The notes: generated by a model not told the origin, from the letters alone. A stretch of 64,000 bases of DNA from Chitinophaga pinensis (GCA_945871905.1 CAMBXL010000004.1:132095-196094); one strand, 5' to 3'; counted from the first letter of the stretch, positions 9,659 to 20,237 are shown. Numbers and translations are program-made.

Positions 9659-11454
9659 ATACCAAGAGTAAAATAGAACGTTATATTTATCTTAACCAAT
9701 CTTTAATATTAAAGATATTAAGATTCTTGATGATTATGGCTTCTGTTTTAATCTCTTCCATGATGGTATACCGTTATGGATTTAACCACTCTGAGGAAAA
9801 TATAAATACCATCTTAGTAATAACAAGATTTTTCTATCTCATTTTTATTTTGTCATTTCTTATAAGGTATTCTCTAGCTTTAGACAAAAAACAACACCTC
9901 ACTAATAATTCACTTGAAGCCATTTTAATCCTATTGGTTATTTACGATGGAATAAGTTATTTTTTGTTTGGACACCCTGTATTGGAAAATTTATTAATCC
10001 GATTAAATGTATCCAATTACCGTGATTTTTATGATTTTTCAATTCAATTTGTATTACTAATATTTGTAGCTATTGAGTTTGTTAAGTCTATAAATTTAAT
10101 TTACACGTCCAAACTTAAGCCAACTACCCTATTCATTTTATCTTTTATTTTATTAATTTTAGTTGGTTCTTTCTTGTTAATGATGCCCGGGTTTAATAAC
10201 ACAGGAAAAGCATTGAATTATGTAGATGCCTTATTTACAAGTGCTAGTGCTAGTTGTGTAACAGGTTTATCGGTTGAAAATACTGCTAATTTTTTCAATC
10301 TGAAAGGACAGTTAATTATCTTGTTTTTAATTCAACTGGGTGGTATTGGTATATTAACTTTTGCTTCCTTTTTTGCTAGTTTTATCAAAAAAGGAATTGG
10401 AGTAAAACATCAAATTGCCATGAATGAATTATTGGATTCGGAAAATCTATCAGGTAGTTCTTTCTTATTGAAAAGAATCTTAATAATGACTCTCGTTATC
10501 GAGATAATGGGCAGTATAGGAATTTATGTCCTTTGGGGCGATTATCAATTTATAAGTGAAGGTGATAAAATTTACCATTCTGTTTTTCATAGTATTTCCG
10601 CATTCTGTAATGCCGGCTTCTCCACACTTGAGCTTGGATACGAAACCCCTATGGTAAATGAATTATACATGCTCCATATTTTTACTGGTGTGATTATCAT
10701 TTTTGGAGGTTTAGGTTTTCCTGTTTTAAGAGATATTTTTTCACCACTCAAACTCAAACAAAGACTAAAAGAACCATGGAAAGACTGGAGTTTAAGTACT
10801 AAAATAGCTGTATATACAAGTTTGGCCTTAATTATTTTTGGTACAGTTTCTTTTTATTTCCTTCATGTTCAACATTTAAAACATATTAATTCTCCTATAG
10901 GAAAATTTGCAGCATCATTCTTCCAATCAGTCAATACCAGAACTTCTGGTTTTAATTCAATCAATATGGCAGAACTTTCAAATCCTCTGTTGATGATTTC
11001 AATGTTTTTAATGTTTATTGGGGCTTCCTCTGCTTCCACAGGTGGTGGTATCAAAACTAGTACTTTTGTGGTAATGATGATTGCTGTATTGGGAACAATA
11101 AGAGGTAAACGTGAAATGACTTTAGGCAACAGAACCATTGGTGTTGAACTTATTTACAAAGCATTTGCAGTTGTGGTTTTCTCCGGTTTGTTTGTTCTCA
11201 CCACCATGACTATTATTTCATTTACTGAACCCACTATCCCTTTAAGTCTAATAGCATACGAATGCGTCTCTGCTTTCGCAACGGTGGGATTGTCAACAGG
11301 TATAACATCGAATTTAAGCGATGCAAGCAAGATAGTACTTGTAATTTCTATGTTTGTGGGTAGAGTTGGAGCATTGTCTTTAGCCTTTTCTCTTAGCTCT
11401 AAAGCCATACAAGCCGACTACAAGTATGCCAAAACACACTTAATGATTGGCTAA
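9655..11454 (+). CDS. Trk/Ktr potassium uptake membrane subunit (KtrB/TrkH family) with N-terminal membrane extension
   Basis: Pore motifs SASCVTGL, SAFCNAGF, RTSGFN, STGGGIKT and SAFATVGLSTG. Confidence 0.9.
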   Translation: MNTKSKIERYIYLNQSLILKILRFLMIMASVLISSMMVYRYGFNHSEENINTILVITRFFYLIFILSFLIRYSLALDKKQHLTNNSLEAILILLVIYDGISYFLFGHPVLENLLIRLNVSNYRDFYDFSIQFVLLIFVAIEFVKSINLIYTSKLKPTTLFILSFILLILVGSFLLMMPGFNNTGKALNYVDALFTSASASCVTGLSVENTANFFNLKGQLIILFLIQLGGIGILTFASFFASFIKKGIGVKHQIAMNELLDSENLSGSSFLLKRILIMTLVIEIMGSIGIYVLWGDYQFISEGDKIYHSVFHSISAFCNAGFSTLELGYETPMVNELYMLHIFTGVIIIFGGLGFPVLRDIFSPLKLKQRLKEPWKDWSLSTKIAVYTSLALIIFGTVSFYFLHVQHLKHINSPIGKFAASFFQSVNTRTSGFNSINMAELSNPLLMISMFLMFIGASSASTGGGIKTSTFVVMMIAVLGTIRGKREMTLGNRTIGVELIYKAFAVVVFSGLFVLTTMTIISFTEPTIPLSLIAYECVSAFATVGLSTGITSNLSDASKIVLVISMFVGRVGALSLAFSLSSKAIQADYKYAKTHLMIG

Positions 11455-14000
11455 AATTGAGTAGCTACAATCACAGGAATTTTTTCTTTTAGTACCTTTT
11501 TGCCCTCTAAAGAGAATGCAGTAATCAATATTATGTATTTCCCAATCGTCGTTTTCTGATTATTGAAATCTGTGCCATCCCATTTTACAAATCCCTCCCG
11601 ACCAATCAATTCATTGTTTATAATCGTATTTATAAAACGGCCTTCTTGATCATAAATTTGCATAGTAGCTACAAAATCTGAAAATGGCAATTGATAATTA
11701 ATTGAAACATAATCCTCGAAACCATCGCTGTCTGGAGAAATAGTCATTTGACTACTAGAAAAATATCGCCATGCCTCGTTTTCTTGTTTTTGAAATTGCG
11801 AATTAATCCTCCCCGGAGTTGCGTTGCCCGACAAATTGGAAGCGCTAAACCAATTACTTGATTTCTGTGTAGGCGTTTGATAATTTATTCGTTCCAAACT
11901 AATTCCCTCTTTATTAGAAATTAAATTCAAATGCCACGTTTCAGAGTAAAACAGACTGTCTATGATTAAATCTTGTTGATTTACCAACAAAAATCGTCCT
12001 TCCGAATCAGGCATTGTTGGAAGTTTACTCATTTGTTTTTTAATACTATTAATTGTTCCACAAGTATAAAACTGACATATATTATTAGTATCTTCACTCA
12101 ACAATAAAAAGGTTTGAGGTGGTAATAATCTGTTTTCTTTTTCTATAGGTAATACCTTTTCATATTGACCAAATTCATCTATTTCAATTAGAAACAAGTT
12201 GCTTATGTCAATTGCAAACTCACTTTTATTATACAATTCAATAAAATCCTTTCCCCCAGTTCTGGGATTGAATAATATTTCATTTACTATAACATCGCTC
12301 TTTTGAGCTACAGAGGGCCACTGCCAATTAATTATTTGATTTTGAATATTCCCAATACAATCTGCTAATCCTAAAATTTCCAATTGATAATTGATTTTCT
12401 TGTCTGGTGAGAAATCGATTTTTATTGTTAATTTATTGCTTAATTCATTGTAGCTAATTACTTTAAAACTAAAAATTTGTTGATTGAGTTTTATTATCAA
12501 ATTAACAATTGAATTGGTATCCACTAATTCTGACATTGTAAAAACAAGGATAGAATCATTGTTAAGTGGAAAAAGGTGAATAACAGATGGGGCAATAGTA
12601 TCAATAGGTAAATCAGTTTTTACAGAATTAATTACTCCGGGTGTCCCTCCTGAAAGTGATGTACTAGCTAACCAATTTTCAGCACGAAGGCAAATTTTAT
12701 TGGGGTCAATCATCTCCAAACTGTATCCTCCATTTTTTTTCAAATCGTTCTTATACCATTCATCTGTATAATTTACTTGATGAATCACTTGTCCCGAAGA
12801 ATCACTTAGCCATATCTTATCAGAGGTATTATTTAAACTTGGAATTTGATACAAAACAAGCATGGAGTCAGGTTCTAAAATAAAAAAGGGCAAGCGAATG
12901 GATTGTGTAGGGTCACTAATAAAACATTGATTCAATTGGATAAACTTATTTGAACGGTTATAAATTTCAATGTATTCGCGACTAGGCAAACCAATACTTG
13001 GATCGGGATCAACCATCATTTCATTAATGATTAAATCAAAAGATTGAGGATTCTGTGTTTTATAAATTTTAAACCTATAATTAATCGAATCCAACAAGTT
13101 ACCCTCTAAATCCGCAATGTTTTTTATAGTTAAGTTCAATAATCTATTAAACGGTAATAAACTATCAAAATCGACTAAAATTGACTTTCCTTTATTTAAA
13201 ATTGTGACATTACCAGCAAATCCATAATTTTCTACCTCATAGTTTGACTTATTTTTCAATGTAAGTGTATCGCAAACTTCTGACAAAAAAATGGAAACTT
13301 GTTGTTGGTTCAACCATTTAATTGAATCAACAACAGGAGAAATTGTATCCCAAATAATGGGACCTGCATACAAATTATCAAAAAAATGTTTGTTAAAGAA
13401 AGAAGATGTACTTTGCCTTATTCTTAAACCAATAGTATTTGGTAAATCGAGTGATGAATCATTAACGAAACCTTCAATTTTCATTAAATTGGTCTTGTAA
13501 TCAAGTCGGCTCAACTGAAAAGAATCTTTGTATTGCTTTAGTATTACTTTACAATTAGAGCTAGAGGCATTTAAAAAACCATTTTCTCCATCTATTAATT
13601 TGGTTTCAATTCCATTTACAGTTTTAATCAGTGAAATATCATCAGATACACCTCCTAAGCGAATGAGGTAATTTGTTTTTGATAAGAGTAAATTGAGTGA
13701 ATCGGATTTTATTACAAAATCAACATAATTAGCTGATGAGGTATTAAATAGTAAATTAACATCAATGTGCCATTCATTTATAACTTTTGACTTATTTTGT
13801 GAAGCAAGGTAAAAACCGGAATTTGCCACATTATGATTGCTTTTTAGTCTTTCATTTTCTATTTTGAAAGATTGTAACTGCCCTGTCCAATGAGCATTTC
13901 TTAAAAGATTAGTGTCTTTAAATTCTTCTAAATCTTGAGCATTTACAAGAACTACAAAGAAAAACAAATGAAAAAAAAACAAATTTTTAAATAGTGTCAT
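11451..14000 (-). CDS. Secreted lamin-tail-domain protein with C-terminal CHU_C/FlgD-Ig-like (T9SS type B-like) domain
   Basis: Two IINEMM..P / VNEILFNP + EYIEIYN/DFIELYN lamin-tail repeats, each ending TPG..NS. C-terminal ISPDSDG..D..IYD..GR..WDG. Confidence 0.75.
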   Translation of the reverse strand: MTLFKNLFFFHLFFFVVLVNAQDLEEFKDTNLLRNAHWTGQLQSFKIENERLKSNHNVANSGFYLASQNKSKVINEWHIDVNLLFNTSSANYVDFVIKSDSLNLLLSKTNYLIRLGGVSDDISLIKTVNGIETKLIDGENGFLNASSSNCKVILKQYKDSFQLSRLDYKTNLMKIEGFVNDSSLDLPNTIGLRIRQSTSSFFNKHFFDNLYAGPIIWDTISPVVDSIKWLNQQQVSIFLSEVCDTLTLKNKSNYEVENYGFAGNVTILNKGKSILVDFDSLLPFNRLLNLTIKNIADLEGNLLDSINYRFKIYKTQNPQSFDLIINEMMVDPDPSIGLPSREYIEIYNRSNKFIQLNQCFISDPTQSIRLPFFILEPDSMLVLYQIPSLNNTSDKIWLSDSSGQVIHQVNYTDEWYKNDLKKNGGYSLEMIDPNKICLRAENWLASTSLSGGTPGVINSVKTDLPIDTIAPSVIHLFPLNNDSILVFTMSELVDTNSIVNLIIKLNQQIFSFKVISYNELSNKLTIKIDFSPDKKINYQLEILGLADCIGNIQNQIINWQWPSVAQKSDVIVNEILFNPRTGGKDFIELYNKSEFAIDISNLFLIEIDEFGQYEKVLPIEKENRLLPPQTFLLLSEDTNNICQFYTCGTINSIKKQMSKLPTMPDSEGRFLLVNQQDLIIDSLFYSETWHLNLISNKEGISLERINYQTPTQKSSNWFSASNLSGNATPGRINSQFQKQENEAWRYFSSSQMTISPDSDGFEDYVSINYQLPFSDFVATMQIYDQEGRFINTIINNELIGREGFVKWDGTDFNNQKTTIGKYIILITAFSLEGKKVLKEKIPVIVATQF

Positions 14001-14065
14001 AATCGTGTAAACATTGTTGAATTTTGCAACAATATTTACATGAATTTACAAGCTAATTACCAATT

Positions 14066-14095
14066 AAAAAATATCACATGTTTGTGACTTTTTTT
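14066..14095 (-). terminator. Probable intrinsic terminator after the ser operon
   Basis: TCACA/TGTGA stem flanked by A and T runs, just downstream of the DUF1015 stop. Confidence 0.4.
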
Positions 14096-14112
14096 CATCA
14101 AATATATTTAAA

Positions 14113-15324
14113 TTATTTAACCTGCTGAACCACCAAACCTGTTCTCAATTTAGGTTCAATATAAGTTGATTTGGGAGGCATGATTAATTGATCATCTGCC
14201 ACATCAAAAACCTGCTGAATAGTACAAGGAAATACCGTAAATACTAAATCATACAAACCTTCGTTGACTCTATTTTCCAATTCACCTAAACCAATTTGCC
14301 CATTGATAAAGCTAAGTTGTTTGTCTGTTTTAGAGTCATTAATATTTAGTAAAGCCTGAAAAACATCGTTTTCAAGAATAGAAACATCTAACGTTTGAAC
14401 TGAATTTAATTCAGCAACATCCCCTTTATAACCAAGTCGAAACCATTGTTTATTGATGCATAAACCAAACTCTTTGTCCTTGTGTGGTTTGAATGGACTT
14501 AAAACTTCATCTACAAAAAAATGAACCTTTAATTTATCAATAAACCCATTTGAATCAAATGTATTATTGCATTTATACGCTCTATGAAAACTGTCAATTT
14601 TTAGAAATTCAGGAGGAACAATGTAGGCTAAATACTTCCCATTTTGCAAATGATTTTTCTTAAAAAAACCTGCAGAGGCAGCGCTTCTGTGGTGACCATC
14701 GGCAATGTAAAGATTCTCTAACATTGCATACTTCTCTTTTATTTGACTGATTTCATCTTCGTTTACGATTCTATAAACTGAATGTCTTCTTTGTATTTCG
14801 TCTTCAAACTCAAAAAACAAATGGGAAGAGTCCTCAAAATGGTGTAAAACATCATTAACAAAATCATTTTGAGGATGGGTCATTAAAACAGGTTCACCTA
14901 TTACACCGGAACAATTAATATGTTCAATTAGTTGTTCTTCTTTTTCGGTTATTGTATTTTCGTGAATCTTAATTCTATTTTGATAATAGTCATCTACACT
15001 CACCAATGAAATAACACCAAGAAATTCATCTCCATTTAACTTGTTAAATTGTCTGTATATGTAAAATGCGTCTTGACTGTCTTTTTCGATGATTTTAGAA
15101 AGTATCAATTTATCCAATTCAATTTTAGAAATAGGAAAATGTTTGCTAGGGTCTTTTTCCTCATTATAAATAAGATATGGTTTTACAACTCTTAAATAAG
15201 AATGTGGATTGTTAGCAACAATTTCTTTTTGTTTGTCAATATCATCTAAATGGGTATTGGCAGACACGCTTCTTTCATTTCCTTTACTAGGAAAAAGTGC
15301 TTTGAATGGATAAATCTGTAACAA
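14113..15324 (-). CDS. DUF1015-family protein
   Basis: Motifs IKIHENT, YIADGHHRSAAS, LDVSIL and MPPKSTYIEPKLRTGL. Position directly after serC-serA. Confidence 0.88.
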   Translation of the reverse strand: MLQIYPFKALFPSKGNERSVSANTHLDDIDKQKEIVANNPHSYLRVVKPYLIYNEEKDPSKHFPISKIELDKLILSKIIEKDSQDAFYIYRQFNKLNGDEFLGVISLVSVDDYYQNRIKIHENTITEKEEQLIEHINCSGVIGEPVLMTHPQNDFVNDVLHHFEDSSHLFFEFEDEIQRRHSVYRIVNEDEISQIKEKYAMLENLYIADGHHRSAASAGFFKKNHLQNGKYLAYIVPPEFLKIDSFHRAYKCNNTFDSNGFIDKLKVHFFVDEVLSPFKPHKDKEFGLCINKQWFRLGYKGDVAELNSVQTLDVSILENDVFQALLNINDSKTDKQLSFINGQIGLGELENRVNEGLYDLVFTVFPCTIQQVFDVADDQLIMPPKSTYIEPKLRTGLVVQQVK

Positions 15325-16284
15325 TTATAAATTAAAATGATGTAAAATTTGTTGAACTATTTCTTCGCCTATTCTTTTTTGAGCTTCTTCTGTACTAGCA
15401 CCAATATGCGGCGACAATGAAACATTTTTCATTTTCAAAATTGCACCGTCAACGGGAGGCTCTTTTTCAAAAACATCAGTACCTGCATAAGCCAAGTGTC
15501 CACTTTCCAATGCTGCAATTAACGCTTTTTCTGAAACCGTTCCACCTCTTGCACAATTGATAAGACCTGCGCCTTTTTTCATCATGGCTAACTCATTTTC
15601 AGCAATGACATAACCTTGACCACCAGGAATATGCAAACTAACAAAATCAGAATGTTTTAAAACATCTTCTTTTGAAATCGTTTTTACAGATTTTTTAATA
15701 CTAGGAATCTGCGTATCGGGATGGAATGTAATTGCCACGTCGTGTTCTGCAATCATTGGATCGTATGCTAAAACATTCATTCCTAAACCATAAGCAATTC
15801 GGGCAGTTTCTCTTCCAATTCTACCAAATCCAATTAATCCCAAAGTTTTGCCTTTTAATTCAGTACCCTTTGAAGCTGTTTTTTTGAGTTCATTAAATTG
15901 AGACATTCCGTTTTCAGGCATTTCTCTATTGGTAATTTGCAATAAACGACAAATTGAAAACAAGTGAGCAAACACTAATTCAGCTACACTTGTACTACTT
16001 GCAGCAGGCGTATTCACTACAGCAACATTGTTTTCCTTAGCACTTACTAAATCAACATTATCAAGTCCTACTCCTGCTCTACCTACCAATTTCAAATTGG
16101 GAATACCCGCTTCAATGATTGAAGCAGTTACTTTAGTCGCACTTCTAACCAAAAGAACATCAAACTCACTGATGCGTGATGCTAAATCCTCTTGTGAGAT
16201 TTTATTTATTTCAACAAAAAAGCCTTTGCTTTCTAATAAAATTTTGGCCGACTGATCGATACCGTCATTAGCTAATATTCTCAT
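15325..16284 (-). CDS. serA: D-3-phosphoglycerate dehydrogenase (short form, no ACT domain)
   Basis: Motifs RAGVGLDNVD, NTPAAS, GLIGFGRIG, INCARGG and SPHIGAST. Adjacent to serC. Confidence 0.88.
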   Translation of the reverse strand: MRILANDGIDQSAKILLESKGFFVEINKISQEDLASRISEFDVLLVRSATKVTASIIEAGIPNLKLVGRAGVGLDNVDLVSAKENNVAVVNTPAASSTSVAELVFAHLFSICRLLQITNREMPENGMSQFNELKKTASKGTELKGKTLGLIGFGRIGRETARIAYGLGMNVLAYDPMIAEHDVAITFHPDTQIPSIKKSVKTISKEDVLKHSDFVSLHIPGGQGYVIAENELAMMKKGAGLINCARGGTVSEKALIAALESGHLAYAGTDVFEKEPPVDGAILKMKNVSLSPHIGASTEEAQKRIGEEIVQQILHHFNL

Positions 16285-16288
16285 TGAA

Positions 16289-17347
16289 TTATGAATTAAA
16301 TGTTCTCATTACGTTAACCAAAGCTTCAACACTTTCCATTGGAAGAGCGTTATACATACTTGCTCTATAACCACCTACAGAACGGTGACCTACAATACCT
16401 GAAATACCGGCGGCTTTCCACGCTGCGTTAAATTTCTCTTCCAAAGAAGTATCATTTAACAAGAAACAAACATTCATTTTGGAACGATCCTCAAATGCAA
16501 CGGTACCAACAAACAAAGGATTTTGGTCTATTTCGTTGTAAAGTAAATTTGCTCTTTCTTCTGCTCTTCTTTGCATTTCAGCAACACCGCCTACTTTTTT
16601 AACCCATTTTAGGTTTTGCAACATTGCAAAAATCGGAAATACTGGTGGCGTATTGAACATAGTTTCTGATTTAATATGAACCGCATAATTCATCATACTA
16701 GGAATTTGACGGGTTACTTTTCCTAAAATATCTTTTTTCACAATCACAACTGTTACACCTGCAGGTCCCATATTTTTTTGAGCCCCAGCATATATTAATC
16801 CAAATTTAGATACATCGACCGGACGACTCAATATGTCTGAACTCATGTCACACACCATCGTAACTGGACTCTCTGGGAAAGATTGCATTTGAGAACCATA
16901 TATAGTATTGTTACTTGTGCAGTGAAAATAATCGGCATCAGTTGGAATAACGTAATTTTTAGGAATGTAGTTGTAGTTTGCATCCTCAGAACTTGCAACA
17001 ACATCAACTGTTCCAAACAATTTGGCTTCTTTAACTGCATTTGCTGCCCAAACTCCTGTTTTTAAATAAGCTCCTTTATTTTCTAATAAGTTATATGCAA
17101 CCATTAAGAATTGCATACTTGCACCACCACCCAAAAATAAAATTTCATATCCTTCAGGAATATCCATTAACTCTTTGATAGTTGCTTGTGTTTCCTCAAC
17201 TACTCGAACAAACTCTTTGCCTCTGTGAGAAACTTCGAGTAGAGACAAACCAGTGCCTGAAAAATTTTGAATTCCTTCTACACACGCTTGTATTGCCTCT
17301 TGTGGAAGAATAGATGGACCTGCCGAAAAATTATGTACTTTTGTCAT
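16289..17347 (-). CDS. serC: Phosphoserine aminotransferase
   Basis: Motifs [36 protein letters not shown] and [15 protein letters not shown]. Confidence 0.96.
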   Translation of the reverse strand: MTKVHNFSAGPSILPQEAIQACVEGIQNFSGTGLSLLEVSHRGKEFVRVVEETQATIKELMDIPEGYEILFLGGGASMQFLMVAYNLLENKGAYLKTGVWAANAVKEAKLFGTVDVVASSEDANYNYIPKNYVIPTDADYFHCTSNNTIYGSQMQSFPESPVTMVCDMSSDILSRPVDVSKFGLIYAGAQKNMGPAGVTVVIVKKDILGKVTRQIPSMMNYAVHIKSETMFNTPPVFPIFAMLQNLKWVKKVGGVAEMQRRAEERANLLYNEIDQNPLFVGTVAFEDRSKMNVCFLLNDTSLEEKFNAAWKAAGISGIVGHRSVGGYRASMYNALPMESVEALVNVMRTFNS

Positions 17348-17365
17348 TTAAAAAATATTTTTTTG

Positions 17366-17373
17366 CAAAAATA
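17366..17373 (-). promoter_or_regulatory. -7 promoter element (TATTTTTG) for the serC operon
   Basis: CAAAAATA on the + strand, 18 nt upstream of the serC ATG. Confidence 0.6.
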
Positions 17374-17396
17374 ATCTAATATTGAAAAGTATAACA

Positions 17397-17903
17397 ATGA
17401 AAGTTAAGAACAATTTATTATTACTGTCATTTTTAATAGCATTTTCTGTATTAAATGCCCAAGAGTCTCAAAATCAATCAGATTCCACTCCCAAACCCCG
17501 TTTTAGAGACCGCTTAACGTTTAATATGGGTGGTGGATTGATGTTAGGTACATTTACTAACATCAATCTAATTCCTCAAATAGGGTATAGAATTAAACCC
17601 AATTTGATTGCAGGAGTTGGTGCCAACCTTCAATATGTAAGGGATAATTTCTCTTTTCCAAGTCGCGAGTTTTTGGTGTATGGTGGCAATTCTTTTGTTA
17701 GATATATTGTCAATGATCAACTTTTTTTACAAACTGAATATCAGAAATTATTTTCTACCATAGGTAATGGCGATTATGTAATGGCTGGCGGAGGTTTTAC
17801 CCCAAGCCGATATTTTAGTATTTCTGCTTTTTACCTGCTACTCCATCCCACTCCCAACATTTATGGACAACCTTTTGTAGTAAGGGGAAGTTTCTTTTTT
17901 TAA
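17397..17903 (+). CDS. Hypothetical small outer-membrane beta-barrel protein
   Basis: Signal peptide, alternating Gly/aromatic strands (GGGLML, PQIGYR, GVGANLQY) and C-terminal Phe. Confidence 0.6.
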   Translation: MKVKNNLLLLSFLIAFSVLNAQESQNQSDSTPKPRFRDRLTFNMGGGLMLGTFTNINLIPQIGYRIKPNLIAGVGANLQYVRDNFSFPSREFLVYGGNSFVRYIVNDQLFLQTEYQKLFSTIGNGDYVMAGGGFTPSRYFSISAFYLLLHPTPNIYGQPFVVRGSFFF

Positions 17904-17911
17904 ACAACACT

Positions 17912-18799
17912 ATGCTTAATCTGACACAAGACCCCAAAATATGCATTAAAAATCCTAAGGATTTTAAACTTAACAATTTAGAAACCAATTACAAAGCTGA
18001 ATTTTATTCTGAATCTGAATTGAAAGATTTTTTAAACTCTTACTCTGAAAAAATTGCGGGGTTACAAGAAAAATTATATGCACAGGATAAGTACTCTGTT
18101 TTATTGGTTTTACAAGCCATTGATGCCGCGGGTAAAGACAGTTGTATTAAACATGTATTTACTGGGGTTAACCCACAAGGCGTTCATGTTGTTAATTTCA
18201 AACAACCTAGTAAAGAAGAGCTTGATCACGATTTTATGTGGCGTATTTACAAGAATTTACCCGAAAGAGGGCTAATTGGGGTCTTTAATCGCTCACATTA
18301 CGAAGAAGTGATAGTCACCAAAGTTCATCCCGAGTATCTTTTAAATCAAAATATTCCAAACGTTAAATCAATTAATGATATTAAGGATGAATTTTGGCAA
18401 AACAGATACAATACTATCAATCAGTTTGAAAAACATTTACACGACAATGGAACTGTTATTATTAAAGTATTTTTAAATTTAAGCAAAGAGGAACAAAAGC
18501 AAAGATTTATTGAAAGAATTAAAACACCAAAGAAAAATTGGAAATTCAGCTATGCTGACTTAAAGGAGAGAAAAAGATGGGATGACTATCAAATTGCATT
18601 TGAACAGATGATTAATAACACATCCACAGAATATGCCCCTTGGCATATTGTTCCATCAGACAATCAATGGATAAGCAGAGCAATTGTGAGTAAAATACTG
18701 TTAGAAAAGTTAGAAAGTTTAAATTTGAATTACCCCAAACTAAACGATGAAGAAATGGCTTTGTTAAAACTAGGTTTGCAAGAAATTGAATCGGAATAG
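17912..18799 (+). CDS. ppk2: Polyphosphate kinase 2 family protein
   Basis: Walker A DAAGKD, FKQPS.EE..HDFMWR, FNRSHYE and WKFS..DL.ER..W. Confidence 0.92.
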   Translation: MLNLTQDPKICIKNPKDFKLNNLETNYKAEFYSESELKDFLNSYSEKIAGLQEKLYAQDKYSVLLVLQAIDAAGKDSCIKHVFTGVNPQGVHVVNFKQPSKEELDHDFMWRIYKNLPERGLIGVFNRSHYEEVIVTKVHPEYLLNQNIPNVKSINDIKDEFWQNRYNTINQFEKHLHDNGTVIIKVFLNLSKEEQKQRFIERIKTPKKNWKFSYADLKERKRWDDYQIAFEQMINNTSTEYAPWHIVPSDNQWISRAIVSKILLEKLESLNLNYPKLNDEEMALLKLGLQEIESE

Positions 18800-18802
18800 T
18801 GC

Positions 18803-19678
18803 TTATTTCATTGTTTTAAAATTACGGTATTCCCCGATTCGCCAACCAGATATTTTTTCAATCCAGTAAAGAATTCTTTTCTTAAAACTCATTTTCTTTC
18901 TTTTTATGTCAAAATCAAATGTCCAATTTTTTTTAGAAATGCGGTCAAACATTATTTGTGGATGAATTCCCTCAAATTTTTTGAGTGAATCAATGGTAGA
19001 AAAATCAAATTCAATTTCATCCTTGTATTCTTTTTCCAAAAAATTATCAGAGTGCCACAACTTTCTAGCTTGTTTCAACTTTTCTAATTGCAATTTTGGG
19101 TGTTTTACCCAACCATAATGGTACACACTTGCTTGAGTTTGAGCTACAGATAATTTTTGATTATTAAGCTTTCTAAACCCTTGGGCATCTTTGTAGGAAA
19201 AAATTTCAGGTTTGTTTTTTATGATTCTAACCTCTCTTTTATACCATCCCCTGCTGTCGGCTAAGTAATCGTAAGTCCCATAAAAATGATTGTAGTTAAA
19301 AAGTAAACCATCTATTTTATCATCACTTTTATACACTTGCATCATTTGCTTGAGATGAGCATAGTCTTTTTCGTGTAAACATTCATCGGCTTGAATGTAA
19401 ATACACCAACTAGCTTTCGGATTAATGGCTTTAAGGGCTTTGTTAGTCTCATCTGCCAATACTCTTCCTCCTTCTCTTAAACTATCATCCCAAATGGTTT
19501 CAATAATTTTTATTTTATCAGAATCAATCGATTTGATGTATTCCAATGTTGAATCTTCACTTTTACCAACCGCTACAATTATTTCATCGCATAATGACAA
19601 TATAGACATAATGGCTTCTTTGATTGGATAATCCGCTTTAACAACATTTCGGGCAATAGTAAATCCTGATACAAACAT
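18803..19678 (-). CDS. Glycosyltransferase family 2-like protein
   Basis: Motifs SGFTIARN, DEIIVAVG.S.DST, YIQADE and YHYGWV. Confidence 0.85.
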   Translation of the reverse strand: MFVSGFTIARNVVKADYPIKEAIMSILSLCDEIIVAVGKSEDSTLEYIKSIDSDKIKIIETIWDDSLREGGRVLADETNKALKAINPKASWCIYIQADECLHEKDYAHLKQMMQVYKSDDKIDGLLFNYNHFYGTYDYLADSRGWYKREVRIIKNKPEIFSYKDAQGFRKLNNQKLSVAQTQASVYHYGWVKHPKLQLEKLKQARKLWHSDNFLEKEYKDEIEFDFSTIDSLKKFEGIHPQIMFDRISKKNWTFDFDIKRKKMSFKKRILYWIEKISGWRIGEYRNFKTMK

Positions 19679-19697
19679 TACTGCAAATTAAGGGAGA

Positions 19698-20237
19698 TTA
19701 TTGGTATTTCCGTTTGACAGTTTTAAGAATAGAGAGCATGTCTGTTTTCCATTTAGCAAAATGATTAAATCGGCTCGACATGTATTCAATTAATTGTAAG
19801 TCGGTAGGTGTTTTTTTGAATTTTTCGAAATAAGATTTTTCTATCATCTCCATATAAATTTTAAAATCAAGTAAACATTCAAACCAATTTCTGTAAATAG
19901 AATAGTTGGTATTTGTTTTTCCGATAGCGTAAGTTTTTCTATTCCTAGGAAACCTCATACCACATAAGTTAAAGTGAGTGGTAGATAACCAACTATAATG
20001 TCTATCATTTCCACTTTCCTCAATCTTAATTGCCAAAAACATATGCGCACGACTTCCAATAAACTCTTTGGCAACCTTAAACAGTGTATCTGTTGAAGGG
20101 ACCCTGCTTAAACTTACATAATCGATTAAGTTACTATCTCTCGATATTCCGTCAACATTTAGTAAAAAGCTACTCGACTTTAACCAATGCAATTGAAAGA
20201 CCATAACCAATAATATGATAGTTTTTAGATTAATCAA
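19698..20237 (-). CDS. Secreted glucosaminidase (GH73-like, lysozyme-fold) domain protein
   Basis: Signal peptide; pattern A.K.EESG..S.L....NL.GM..P..R.T.A.G....Y..Y..W..C..D. Confidence 0.6.
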   Translation of the reverse strand: MINLKTIILLVMVFQLHWLKSSSFLLNVDGISRDSNLIDYVSLSRVPSTDTLFKVAKEFIGSRAHMFLAIKIEESGNDRHYSWLSTTHFNLCGMRFPRNRKTYAIGKTNTNYSIYRNWFECLLDFKIYMEMIEKSYFEKFKKTPTDLQLIEYMSSRFNHFAKWKTDMLSILKTVKRKYQ

